From NCBI GenBank assembly GCA_963771355.1, contig CAVYTA010000003.1:8785-72784 (forward strand): a stretch of DNA of 64,000 nucleotides, read 5' to 3'. The position numbers and the translations under genes are program-made. The notes beneath the pieces were generated by a model. It saw only the letters and a list, made by a program, of their open reading frames with translations, made no database searches and was not told the DNA's origin. Positions 41,717-51,334 of the stretch are shown here, one piece after another. The number at the start of each line of letters is the position of its first letter. The first letter of the stretch is position 1. This DNA comes from an uncultured Candidatus Rokubacteria bacterium (GTDB lineage: Bacteria; Methylomirabilota; Methylomirabilia; Rokubacteriales; CSP1-6).

Positions 41717-43270
41717 CTACTTGTTCTCGATCGCGAGTAGGGCCTTTTCGACGGCCCCCTCCACCTCGCCGGCAGTGTCGAGGCGGACCACCCCCGGCTC
41801 GTGAGCCGGTGACTCGTAACGGGCGCGGTGCTCGGCCAGCAGTTCCTCCCGCCCATCGGAGACCTCGTGCCGGTCCTTGCTCCGGCTCCGGAGCCGCTCC
41901 ACGAGAGCCTCGTCGGGGGCGTCGCACCAGAGCACGCCGAACGGAAGGCCATGGCGGTCGGCCACCGCGCGGGCCTCGGCCCGCTCCGCGGCGTGCGAGA
42001 AACTGCCGTCCACGATCACGGGCCAGCCGGCCCGGAGCAGCTCGTCGGCCAGTCGCGCGGCCCCCACGTACGTCCGCCGACCCATCTCGGGGGTGTAGAG
42101 CCCTTCCCCGAAGGCGGGCGCCACCCGCTCCCGCAGCGGCACGCCGCCGAGCCGCTTCCGCACCGCGTCGGTCCGTACCACGATGGCGCCCAGCCGGGCC
42201 GCGGCGTGCCGCGCGGCGGTGCTCTTGCCGGTGCCCATCACGCCGGTGGTTATGACCAGGCGCGGGCGCCGATGAGGCGCCACGAAGCGCCCGGCCAGCT
42301 CGAACAGAGTCCGGGCCTCGCCCGCCCGCTCCGGGTGATCGGCAACCTGGAAGGCCGTCACCTTGGCCCGCACCCACGCCCGGTAGGCGCGGTAGAAGTC
42401 GAGCAGCGGCACCGCCTCGTAGTCGCCGTTCTCCTCGAGATAGGCATTCAGGAAGCGGATCGCCAGGTCCGGGCGGCCCAGCCGCTCCAGGTCCATGGCG
42501 AGAAAGGCGATCTCTCCCGTCACGTCGCCGAAGCGGAAGCGATGATTGAACTCGATGCAGTCGAAGATCTGCACGGGCTCCACGCAGCAGACGTGCTGAG
42601 CCTGCAGGTCCCCGTGGCAGTCGCGGCTGCGCCCGGCGGCGACCCGCGCCGCGAAGCGCGCGGCCTCGCGCTCGAGGAAGGCCCCCACGTACTCGCGCAC
42701 GCGCCGGCGCGTGTCGTCCGGCAGCAGCTCCGGGCCCACCGCGTCGGTCTGGGCGAAGTTCTCCTCCCAGTTCCGTCGTATCGTCTCGAGGCCGCCGAGC
42801 TCGTCGACCTCGCCCCCGGTGTCGGCGGCCGCATGGAACCGCGCCACCGTCGTCCCGATCCCGTCGAGCAGCGCGGGCGGGGCGGCGTTCTCACGCACGA
42901 GCCGATCGAGCATGCGCTCGGCGGGAAGCCGCCGCATCACCACCGCGACCTCGAGCGTGCGGCCCCGGCCCTCGAAGCGCGGCGCCTCCGCGCTGCCCTT
43001 GATCTCCACGACGCCGAGATAGACGTCGGAGGCAAGGCGCCGGTTGAGCCGCACCTCGTCCTGGCAGAATCGCCGCCGCAGGGCGAGCGTGGTGAAGTCG
43101 AGGAATCCGAGGTTCACCGGCTTCTTGATCTTGTATACGCGGTCCCCGGCGAGCAGAACCCAGGAGATGTGTGTCTCGATCAGCTCCACGCGGTCCGCCG
43201 GATGTGGATAGAGCGCCGGATCGAGGAGCCGCTCGACGAGGCGGGGCCGCCGGCTCGAGCGTTCGGTCAC
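41717..43270 (-). CDS. bifunctional APH-like kinase / AAA_33 P-loop protein (Rv2004c-like)
   Basis: IETHIS, YKIKKPV, DCHGDL, FDCIEFN; Walker A GVMGTGKST. Confidence 0.92.
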   Translation of the reverse strand: MTERSSRRPRLVERLLDPALYPHPADRVELIETHISWVLLAGDRVYKIKKPVNLGFLDFTTLALRRRFCQDEVRLNRRLASDVYLGVVEIKGSAEAPRFEGRGRTLEVAVVMRRLPAERMLDRLVRENAAPPALLDGIGTTVARFHAAADTGGEVDELGGLETIRRNWEENFAQTDAVGPELLPDDTRRRVREYVGAFLEREAARFAARVAAGRSRDCHGDLQAQHVCCVEPVQIFDCIEFNHRFRFGDVTGEIAFLAMDLERLGRPDLAIRFLNAYLEENGDYEAVPLLDFYRAYRAWVRAKVTAFQVADHPERAGEARTLFELAGRFVAPHRRPRLVITTGVMGTGKSTAARHAAARLGAIVVRTDAVRKRLGGVPLRERVAPAFGEGLYTPEMGRRTYVGAARLADELLRAGWPVIVDGSFSHAAERAEARAVADRHGLPFGVLWCDAPDEALVERLRSRSKDRHEVSDGREELLAEHRARYESPAHEPGVVRLDTAGEVEGAVEKALLAIENK

Positions 43271-43358
43271 GCGAGCCGCTCCGCCCGGGCCAACTCCTCC
43301 GCGGTCTGCCCGACCCGGGCGTCCATAGCTTCCGAGGGTACTCCTCAACCTCCCCCGC

Positions 43359-43471
43359 CGATCTACGTCAACGCGTTGACATTGATCGTCGTGCCACGAT
43401 TCCCAGAACTATGCGAGCCACGCGATTTCTCGAGGAAATCCCGCGCCAAATCCCTGGCCTAGGACGTGCAT
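43359..43471 (+). promoter_or_regulatory. candidate sigma-54 promoter with upstream palindrome
   Basis: TGG-CCTAGGACGT-GCA (GG-N10-GC) at 43455-43470; perfect 14-bp palindrome GTCAACGCGTTGAC at 43367-43380. Confidence 0.45.
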
Positions 43472-43485
43472 AGCACTCCCCAGTT

Positions 43486-45057
43486 GTGAAGACACTCCGC
43501 GCCTCCATCGTTCTCGCGTCGCTCGCTCGCATCGCCTCGGCCTTCTCGATCCCCCAACCCGGCGAGCTGCTCCCCGGCTCCAGCCCCGCCCTCACGGGCG
43601 CTCCGCGATCGGATCGGGCGGCCGCCCAGGCGCCGGCGCCGGCCCGGCCGCTGCGCCGCTCGCTCAATGCCGCCGTCGCCGAGGGAGCCTCAGCGGAGGT
43701 CTTTGCCGCCTGCGCCAGCGGGGCCGTGATCATCGGCTGGGCGCTCTACCTCGGGGCGAGCGCAGCGGTGATCGGCTTCCTGGGCGCTCTGCCACTGGGC
43801 GCCCAGGTCGTGAGCCTGCCCGCCGCCTGGCTCACCAGCGCACGCAGCCGCAAGGCCGTCACGCTCTGGGCCATCGGCATCTCGCGGCTCACCTTCCTGC
43901 CTCTGCTCGCGCTCCCGACGCTCAACGTGGATGCGTCCACGAAGCTCCACCTGTTCCTGGCCATCGTGGCGGTCAGCACGATCTTCAGCGTGGTCGGCAA
44001 CAGCGCCTGGGTGGCCTGGATGGGCGACCTGGTGCCGGACCGCATCCGCGGCCGCTTCGTCGGTCGCCGGACCATCGTCATCAGCATCGCGGGCACGCTG
44101 ACCTCGCTCGGGGCCGCGGTCCTGCTCGACCGGCTCGCGCCGATCGGCTGGACCGGCACCGCCCTGTGCGCGCTCACCCTCGTCGCCTGCCTGGCCGGCG
44201 TGGCCAGCGTGGTGCTGATGCTGCGCCAGCACGAGCCCCCCGCTGCCGCCGAGCCCGGTGTGTCCGCCTGGCGGGCGCTCCGGCTCGCGCTCGGCGACCT
44301 GCAGGCCCGGCCGTTCCTCGGCTATCTCTTCGCCTGGAACGCGGCGGTGGGCATCTCGGCCAGCTTCTTCGCCTACCACATGTTGACGAACCTTCACACC
44401 GGCTTCCTGGTGGTGGCCGCCCACGGCGTCGGCGTGGCCGCGGTGCGCATCGCCTCGGCCCGCCTCTGGGGCCACGCGGTGGACCGGATCGGCGCGGGGC
44501 CCGTGCTGGTCTTTTGCTCCTTCGGCATCGCGGCGGTGCCGCTCACCTGGTTATTCATCACGCCCGACCGCCTGTGGCCGATCGCCTTCGATGCGGTGTT
44601 CGCCGGCTTTCTGTGGGCGGGCCACGGCATCGCCGCCTTCGACCTGACCATCGGCCTCGCTCCGCGGGTGTCGCGGCCCTTCTACCTGGGCGCCTTCGCG
44701 ACTGCCGGCGGCCTCGGCTTCGGCGCGGCCTCGATGCTGGCCGGCCAGCTCGTCGCTCTCTTCCCCGCCCACTTCGAGCTGGCCGGGGAGACGTGGACCA
44801 ACCTCCACGTCCTGTTCCTGATCTCCGCGGTGGGGCGCCTGGCCTCCGCCGGCCTCTCGCTGCGGCTGCACGATCCGGGCGCCCACGGCGACGTGCGCGA
44901 GCTGGTCCGCGCCCTGACCGAGCGCACCGGTCTCACGGCCCTCAAACCCTCGATACCCTGGGGAGAGGGCCGGGTGAGGGGCTGGCTGGTGAGGCTCAGC
45001 GAGGCGCCCCGCCCCTTGAGGTCAAGGATCTACTCGAGCATAGCCCGCTCGCGATGA
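43486..45057 (+). CDS. MFS transporter
   Basis: About 12 TM helices; W.AWMGDLVP..IRGRF, WG.AVDRIG; start uncertain. Confidence 0.85.
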   Translation: MKTLRASIVLASLARIASAFSIPQPGELLPGSSPALTGAPRSDRAAAQAPAPARPLRRSLNAAVAEGASAEVFAACASGAVIIGWALYLGASAAVIGFLGALPLGAQVVSLPAAWLTSARSRKAVTLWAIGISRLTFLPLLALPTLNVDASTKLHLFLAIVAVSTIFSVVGNSAWVAWMGDLVPDRIRGRFVGRRTIVISIAGTLTSLGAAVLLDRLAPIGWTGTALCALTLVACLAGVASVVLMLRQHEPPAAAEPGVSAWRALRLALGDLQARPFLGYLFAWNAAVGISASFFAYHMLTNLHTGFLVVAAHGVGVAAVRIASARLWGHAVDRIGAGPVLVFCSFGIAAVPLTWLFITPDRLWPIAFDAVFAGFLWAGHGIAAFDLTIGLAPRVSRPFYLGAFATAGGLGFGAASMLAGQLVALFPAHFELAGETWTNLHVLFLISAVGRLASAGLSLRLHDPGAHGDVRELVRALTERTGLTALKPSIPWGEGRVRGWLVRLSEAPRPLRSRIYSSIARSR

Positions 45058-45351
45058 ACTCGATGCAGTCGAAGAAGATCTGCACGGGCTCCACGCAGCA
45101 GACGTGCTGAGCCTGCAGGTCCCCGTGGCAGTCGCGGCTGCGCCGGGCGGCGACCCACGCCGCGAAGCGCGTATCGTCTCGATGCCGCCGAGCTCGTCGA
45201 TCTCACCCCCGGTGTCGGCGGCCGCATGGAACCGCGCCACCGTCGTCCCAATCCCGTCGATCAGCTCCACGCGGTCCGCCGGATGTGGATAGAGAGCCGG
45301 ATCGAGGAGCCGCTCGACGAGGCGGGGCCGCTGGCTCGAGCGTTCGGTCAT
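45051..45351 (-). pseudogene. internally deleted duplicate of the kinase/AAA gene
   Basis: Three near-identical collinear blocks matching ~42539-42660, 42777-42867 and 43176-43269. Confidence 0.9.
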
Positions 45352-45508
45352 GGGCGTTCCGGGGTGGGCGGCATCACACTGCCATAGCGGTGCACGACGC
45401 GCGAGCCCGCCGGCTCGCGCAGATGGCCACGCAACTCGAAACGCCGCACACATCCCGCACAGCGCGAGGGGGCCACAATCCCGACCCCCTCGCAACTATG
45501 CGAGAAAA

Positions 45509-45585
45509 TGGTGCGCCCTAGAGGAGTCGAACCTCTGGCCTTCGGATTCGTAGTCCGACGCTCTATCCAACTGAGCTAAGGGCGC
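45509..45585 (-). tRNA. tRNA-Arg(ACG)
   Basis: Anticodon arm TCGGA-CTACGAA-TCCGA; GTTCGACT; CCA. Confidence 0.97.
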
Positions 45586-45588
45586 GTC

Positions 45589-45682
45589 TGGCGGAGAGGC
45601 CGGGATTCGAACCCGGGACAGAGGTTTTGCCCCTGTAACCGCTTAGCAGGCGGCTGCCTTCGGCCGACTCGGCCACCTCTCC
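45589..45682 (-). tRNA. tRNA-Ser(GCT)
   Basis: Anticodon loop CTGCTAA; long variable arm; CCA; 3 nt from tRNA-Arg. Confidence 0.97.
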
Positions 45683-45699
45683 AACAGTAAAGCCTGTTG

Positions 45700-45715
45700 A
45701 GTATAAGGCATTATA
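45700..45715 (-). promoter_or_regulatory. -10 elements for the tRNA-Ser/Arg operon
   Basis: Minus-strand TATAAT (45710-45715) and TATACT (45700-45705) in an AT-rich gap. Confidence 0.55.
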
Positions 45716-45733
45716 CCGGCGGGAGGATACCCC

Positions 45734-47476
45734 ATGAGTCGGATGCGCCAACTGTTCCGCGACGCCTGGGCCATCGCGCGGCCCTACTGGTTCTCCGAAG
45801 ACCGGTGGGCTGGCCGCGGGCTGCTCGTCGCGGTGATCGCCCTCAACCTGGGCATCGTCTTCATCAACGTGCTCCTGAACAAGTGGAACAATGCCTTCTA
45901 CAACTCGCTCCAGGACAAGGACTACGCCGCCTTCGTCAGCCAGCTCTTCAAGTTCACCTATCTCGCGGCCGCCTACATCGTGGCCGCGGTGTATCAGCTC
46001 TACCTCAACCAGATGCTTCAGATCCGCTGGCGGCGCTGGCTCACCGACCGCTATCTGACCGGCTGGCTGAAGGACACCGCCTACTACCGGATGCAGCTTC
46101 ATGCCACCGAGACGGACAACCCCGACCAGCGCATCGCGGAAGACCTCCGCCTCTTCGTCTCGACCACGCTGGGCCTGTCGCTCGGCTTCCTGCGCGCGAT
46201 CGTGACCCTGGTCTCCTTCATCGCCATCCTCTGGGTCCTCTCGGGCCCGTTCACCATCCCCTGGGTCAATGTGACGGTGCCGGGCTACATGGTCTGGACG
46301 GCCCTGCTCTACGCCATCGTGGGCACCTGGCTGACCAACCTCATCGGGCGGCCGCTCATCCAGCTCAACTTCAACCAGCAGCGCTACGAGGCCGACTTCC
46401 GATACTCGCTCGTGCGCTTCCGCGAGAACACGGAAGGGGTGGCGCTCTACCGCGGCGAGGCCGACGAGCTGCGCGGCTTCCGCGACCGGTTCGCGAACGT
46501 GGTGCGGAACTGGTGGGGCATCATGCGCCAGCAGAAGCGGCTCACCTCCTTCACCGCGGGCTACAGCCAGGTCGCGATCATCTTCCCCTTCGTGGTCGCC
46601 GCCCCCCGCTACTTCCGCGGCGAGTTCGCGCTGGGGGGGCTCATGCAGACCGCCTCGGCCTTCGGTCAGGTGCAGGACGCCCTGTCCTATATCATCTCCT
46701 CGTATACCGACATCGCCGAGTGGCGCGCCGTGGTGGCGCGACTCGTAGGCTTCAACAAGGCGCTCGACCAGGTGCGCACCGAGGCCGCCATCCAGGGCAT
46801 CCGGCACGAGGAGGCCCCCGCGGGCGGCCTCGGTCTGGAGCACGTGCACCTGGCCCTGCCCGACGGCCGCCCCCTCGTCGAGGACATCTCCGTCTCGCTA
46901 CGCCGCGGGGACAACGCGCTGATCAGCGGGCCCTCGGGCGCGGGAAAGAGCACGCTCTTCCGCGCCATCGCGGGCATCTGGCCGTTCGGACGGGGGCGGA
47001 TCACCATGCCGGCGGGGGACCGCGTCCTCTTCCTGCCGCAGAAGCCCTATCTCCCACTGGGCACCATCCGCGAGATCGTGAGCTATCCGACCCCCCCAGC
47101 CGGTCTCACGGACGCCACGCTGCGAGAGGGGCTGGAGGCGGTGGGGCTCCCCCAGCTGGGCGATAAGCTGGACGAGTCGGCCAACTGGGCGCTGCGCCTC
47201 TCGCCGGGCGAGCAGCAGCGCATCGCCTTCGCGCGGGCGCTGGTGCAGAAGCCCGACTGGCTGTTCCTCGACGAGGCGACCTCCGCGGTCGACGAAGCGT
47301 CGGAGGGGCCGCTCTATGCGCTGCTGCGGGAGCGGCTACCCGGCGCCACCGTCATCAGCGTGGGACACCGGAGCACGCTCCGGCCGTTCCATGCGCGCCG
47401 GCTCGTGATCAGGCCGAACGGGGCGGGCACCGGCGCGGGGCCGGCCACCCTGGAGGAGGTGGCGCAGTCGGCCTGA
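45734..47476 (+). CDS. fused ABC permease/ATPase (YddA/BacA-like, ABCD family)
   Basis: DNPDQRI, EADFRYSLVR, GPSGAGKS, LSPGEQQR, LDEATS. Confidence 0.93.
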   Translation: MSRMRQLFRDAWAIARPYWFSEDRWAGRGLLVAVIALNLGIVFINVLLNKWNNAFYNSLQDKDYAAFVSQLFKFTYLAAAYIVAAVYQLYLNQMLQIRWRRWLTDRYLTGWLKDTAYYRMQLHATETDNPDQRIAEDLRLFVSTTLGLSLGFLRAIVTLVSFIAILWVLSGPFTIPWVNVTVPGYMVWTALLYAIVGTWLTNLIGRPLIQLNFNQQRYEADFRYSLVRFRENTEGVALYRGEADELRGFRDRFANVVRNWWGIMRQQKRLTSFTAGYSQVAIIFPFVVAAPRYFRGEFALGGLMQTASAFGQVQDALSYIISSYTDIAEWRAVVARLVGFNKALDQVRTEAAIQGIRHEEAPAGGLGLEHVHLALPDGRPLVEDISVSLRRGDNALISGPSGAGKSTLFRAIAGIWPFGRGRITMPAGDRVLFLPQKPYLPLGTIREIVSYPTPPAGLTDATLREGLEAVGLPQLGDKLDESANWALRLSPGEQQRIAFARALVQKPDWLFLDEATSAVDEASEGPLYALLRERLPGATVISVGHRSTLRPFHARRLVIRPNGAGTGAGPATLEEVAQSA

Positions 47477-47490
47477 GCCCCGGGGGAGAG

Positions 47491-47580
47491 TGGCGGAGGG
47501 GGAGGGATTCGAACCCCCGATCCCTTGCGGGATTCCGGTTTTCAAGACCGGCGCCTTCAACCGGACTCGGCCACCCCTCC
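47491..47580 (-). tRNA. tRNA-Ser(TGA)
   Basis: Anticodon arm CCGGT-CTTGAAA-ACCGG; long variable arm; CCA. Confidence 0.97.
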
Positions 47581-47630
47581 GTCGCCCTAACTAGCCGCTG
47601 AATCTTAGCATTTCCGCGCGCGGGCTCTTG

Positions 47631-48614
47631 CTACTCGATCACCTGATCCGCCTGCAGCAAGAGTGACTGCGGGATCGTCAGCCCGATCGCCCTGGCCGTC
47701 TTCAGGTTGATGACCAGCTCGAACTTCGAAGGCCGCTCGACCGGCAGCTCGGACGGCTTGGCGCCCTTGAGGATTCTATCCACGTAGTCGGCTGCTCGTC
47801 GGTAAAGGTCTTCGGCGTTGGCTCCGTACGACATGAGTCCGCCGGACTTCGGAAAGACGCTGAACACGTGCATCCCAGGCAAGCGTCGCTGCCTCTCGTA
47901 GTCCGCGATGGCCAACCGATGATCTCTGAAGATTTCATCCTGCTGCACGATGAGTGCACCGACCTGAGCCGCCGCCATGCGTGCGAACGCCCCCTCGAGC
48001 TCGGAAGCAGTGCGCACCTCGGCGAGATGAAGTGTCAGTCCCAAGCTGCGGGCGGCGGCATTCATCTCGGTGAGTTGAGCTTGGTGGACCGCATAGCCGG
48101 GATTGGCCAGGTAGCCTACCCGAGCGAGACTGGGGATCGCCTGCTTGAGCACCTCCAAACGCTTGGACATGAGTTCCCGATTGATCGTGGTGAGCCCGGT
48201 GAAATTGCCACCTGGCCGCGCCAGACTTCCCACCAGCCCGGTCACGACCGGCTCACTCACCGTGGCGAAGACGACCGGGAGGGTCGTCCCCGTCCGCTTC
48301 ATCGCGAGGGCCGCGGGCGTGTTCACCGCAACGATGACGTCCAGGGGCAAGCGCGCCAGTTCGGCCGCGTGGGCGTCAAGCGTCTTCCCCATGTCCCCCC
48401 ATCGGTATTCGACCGCGATATTCGTTCCTTCGATCCATCCGTGATCCCGAAGCCCACCGGTGAACGCCTTGGTTACCCCAGCACTTGCCGTCGAGGTGCC
48501 GGAGGACAGATACCCGATCCGGGCCACCTTCCCCGCTTGCTGCGCCTCGACGACGAACGGCGCGGCGAGGAGACCGCCCGCGACTACTCCAAGGAACACG
48601 CGCCGCTCTATCAC
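47631..48614 (-). CDS. orphan ABC transporter substrate-binding protein
   Basis: RRVFL signal; SLARPGGNFTG; LPVERPSKFELVINLKTA. Confidence 0.9.
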   Translation of the reverse strand: MIERRVFLGVVAGGLLAAPFVVEAQQAGKVARIGYLSSGTSTASAGVTKAFTGGLRDHGWIEGTNIAVEYRWGDMGKTLDAHAAELARLPLDVIVAVNTPAALAMKRTGTTLPVVFATVSEPVVTGLVGSLARPGGNFTGLTTINRELMSKRLEVLKQAIPSLARVGYLANPGYAVHQAQLTEMNAAARSLGLTLHLAEVRTASELEGAFARMAAAQVGALIVQQDEIFRDHRLAIADYERQRRLPGMHVFSVFPKSGGLMSYGANAEDLYRRAADYVDRILKGAKPSELPVERPSKFELVINLKTARAIGLTIPQSLLLQADQVIE

Positions 48615-49021
48615 CGGGCCCTCCCCAAAAGTCGTCTGCGAATCAGGCGCGAAGGAATGCGGAGCCTGCGGTACGCGGGCCGGGTCCATCGGATATTGCC
48701 TCCCAGGCTGCGGGGGAGTCTACCAGAAGTGCGCGGCTCGCCGCCCTGAACTGCGTCTCGGGCTCTGTGCGCAAGGGGCTCTTGCTGGCGCCAGAGATTC
48801 CGGACGGGATCGACAGAGCTTCAGGGGCGTGCGGGCGGCCCTCCCTGCGCTACGTGGAGCGGCCAGGGGGCGGGGGGCCTAATGAGCCCCAGAGGTGGTG
48901 CGATGGGGCCCAGGGGGTCTGGACGGAGATGAAGGCAGACGTGACCGGGTGAGGGCCAGCGCCGAGCCAGCCGCGGCGGGGGGGCCGGGTAGGCGCCTTC
49001 GGCCAACCTCTCCCCGGAACT

Positions 49022-50368
49022 CTAGAGCGACTTGAGGTACTCGATCAGGTCCTGTGATTCTGCCGCCGTCAGCCCGAGGCTCATGACACGGTTGTAGTGG
49101 CTCACGACCTCCGCCAGCGTCGAGAACCGCCCGTCGTGGTAGAAGCCGCCCTTGTGGATCTTCTTCGTCTCCCAGAGCGCCCGGAGCGGCGTCGTGCGAT
49201 AGGCACGGTCCGGGGACCGGTCGGCCTGGAAGGAATCGATCCCGATCTCGTCGGCCTTGTGGAGATTCCAGCCCGGCTCCGTGAAGATGGGCGGCACATG
49301 GCAGGTTGCGCATCGCGCCTTCCCGGAGAAGGTCGCCTGGCCACGCGCGGCGCGCGCCTGGTCGAAGGTGTCCGCGGGCGGCTTTGGAACCGGCATGGCG
49401 AGCTGATAGAAATGGAGCGCGGCCAGCTTGGGGGTGATCCGATCGTCCGGCGTGCGCTTGTTCGCCAGTCCCGCGCGCGCCGCGACCGGATACTGCTCCC
49501 GATTGTTCAGCCGCGGGTCGAAGAAATTGCCTCGGCCATGCATCTCGAGGTTGGCCACGAATGCGTTCCAGTACGTCACCCCGCCCCAGGAGCCCGTCCA
49601 TGTATGCTGATTGACCCCCGCCAGACCGAACGCCGGCGGAATCAGCGTGGCGGCGGACTTGCCGTCGGGACGGAACGCCTTGCCATCGAGGGTGAGCTGG
49701 GCGTCAAACTTGCCCGGCCCCCAGCTTGCGAGCACCTTGCGAACCGTCGCCTCGTCGACCCCCAGCAGGTCGACATATGGCTTCAAGGTCGGGGCCAGCG
49801 ACACGATGGCGCCGATGTTCAGATCGCTGTTGGGCCACCCGTCGAGCCGGCGGCCAATGCCGGGCGCGAGGGCGTCGTCCACATGCGAATGGCAGAGCGC
49901 GCACTGGATACCCACGGACGTGATCCGGCCCTGCGGATCGAAGAACCCTGTCACGCCCACCACCGCATTGGCCTTGAGGAGGGCGAGCGTGCTGCTCGGG
50001 TCGTCGAGGTCCACCTTCCCCGCCTTGAGGGCGTCAACGAGCGACGACGGTAGCGCCGCCAGGTCGACCTTGAGGCCGGCGGCAAGGGCCTGCTTCGGCG
50101 AGACGCCGGCGCCGACGCCGCCGTTCTTCTGCCCCGCGATCCCCCGATGGAGCTGGAGCGCGCCTCCCCAGAACCCTTCGCTGCCGAAGGTGTCGTTGCG
50201 AAAGGCCGCCCGCCCTTCCTCCATCAGCCGGCGGGCATTCTCGCCGATGGCCCCATCGAAGCCCCTCGACATGTCACCGCCAGTCTCGGGCCCCCGCATC
50301 GACATGCACGCCGCCACCGCCAACCCGGCCAGGACCACGATGCTCCCGACCCGTGCGCCGATCTTCAT
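49022..50368 (-). CDS. diheme cytochrome c lipoprotein (peroxidase/MauG/RoxA-like superfamily)
   Basis: Lipobox VAAC; CALCH and CATCH heme motifs; YRTTPLR, FYHDG, DLIEYLKSL. Confidence 0.85.
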   Translation of the reverse strand: MKIGARVGSIVVLAGLAVAACMSMRGPETGGDMSRGFDGAIGENARRLMEEGRAAFRNDTFGSEGFWGGALQLHRGIAGQKNGGVGAGVSPKQALAAGLKVDLAALPSSLVDALKAGKVDLDDPSSTLALLKANAVVGVTGFFDPQGRITSVGIQCALCHSHVDDALAPGIGRRLDGWPNSDLNIGAIVSLAPTLKPYVDLLGVDEATVRKVLASWGPGKFDAQLTLDGKAFRPDGKSAATLIPPAFGLAGVNQHTWTGSWGGVTYWNAFVANLEMHGRGNFFDPRLNNREQYPVAARAGLANKRTPDDRITPKLAALHFYQLAMPVPKPPADTFDQARAARGQATFSGKARCATCHVPPIFTEPGWNLHKADEIGIDSFQADRSPDRAYRTTPLRALWETKKIHKGGFYHDGRFSTLAEVVSHYNRVMSLGLTAAESQDLIEYLKSL

Positions 50369-50427
50369 GGTCAGTCTCCTCGCGCAGCGCTGCCTGCTAA
50401 CGCTTAGATGCGCGAGAACGCCAGATC

Positions 50428-50661
50428 TTACTGCGGGGGGCGCGTGATCTGGAGGAGGGCCTGGTACTCCTCGCCACACTCCGAGCACTGGGCGCTATGC
50501 TGAGCCACCTGCGGGAACGCCGCCTGGGCGGCGGGCGCGCCGGAGCTCGCGGCCAGGTCGACGTAGGCGGGGAGCAGCTCGAAGAACTCCGAGCAGACGA
50601 TCTCGGACTCGCGCGCCTCGAAGACCGTGCCGAGGAACCGGATCAGCGCCGCGCGCTCCAT
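50428..50661 (-). CDS. soluble zf-HC2 zinc-binding anti-sigma factor
   Basis: C...HxxxCxxC (HSAQCSEC); 1 nt after the sigma gene. Confidence 0.8.
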   Translation of the reverse strand: MERAALIRFLGTVFEARESEIVCSEFFELLPAYVDLAASSGAPAAQAAFPQVAQHSAQCSECGEEYQALLQITRPPQ

Positions 50662-50662
50662 C

Positions 50663-51304
50663 CTAGGAGGACCCCCTTTCGAAGGCTTTCAGCGCATCCT
50701 CGAGGCTGACCCCGCCGGCCAGCAAGGCTGCGCGGAGCTTTCGCCGGGCGTCGTGGATGGCCTTGTACACCGCGTCGCGCGAGATGCCAAGGTCTGCGGC
50801 GAGGAGATCCAGTGGCTGCTGATGAAAGACGTGGGCGAGGAGCACGCGCCGCTGATGCGCGGTCAGCTCCGTCTCGATGATCTGCTTGATCCTCGCCCAC
50901 AGCTCCCGCTGAAGGGCGGCGCGGTCGGGGGCCGGGGACTCGTCGAGGGGCCAGTCGGGAACACCGCCATCGCGGGAATCGGGCAGTCTCGGGGTCCAGC
51001 GCTGCCGGCGCAGCTGCCCGAGCAGGACGTTGACCGCGATCCGATGGACCCAGGTGGTGAAGCGGCTCTCGTGCCGGAAGGTGTCGAGCTTGGCGCGCAC
51101 CGTGACCAGCGTGTCGTGGACGGCATCCTCGACGAAGGCTTCGACCTCGCCCTCGGCGATACCGGCCGGCCGATTCCGTCGCAGATAGACGACCAGGCTT
51201 CGCTGAACCTGTTGCCGGATCGCCGCCCACGCCGCCTCGCTGTCGGCGCGGAGGGACGTCACCCAGTCGAGGTTGCTTGGTTCCCCTTCGGGCGGCGTCG
51301 TCAT
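50663..51304 (-). CDS. ECF RNA polymerase sigma factor
   Basis: Region 2 EDAVHD...F...SRFTTWVHRIAVN; region 4 HTH with YKAIHDARRKLR. Confidence 0.92.
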   Translation of the reverse strand: MTTPPEGEPSNLDWVTSLRADSEAAWAAIRQQVQRSLVVYLRRNRPAGIAEGEVEAFVEDAVHDTLVTVRAKLDTFRHESRFTTWVHRIAVNVLLGQLRRQRWTPRLPDSRDGGVPDWPLDESPAPDRAALQRELWARIKQIIETELTAHQRRVLLAHVFHQQPLDLLAADLGISRDAVYKAIHDARRKLRAALLAGGVSLEDALKAFERGSS

Positions 51305-51334
51305 CGAGGAGCCGCGCGGGCGACCATCCGAGCG

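Noticed and set aside
48700-49010. G-rich intergenic stretch with weak inverted repeats, possible MITE or REP
   Set aside because: No second copy, clean terminal repeats or target duplication visible in the window
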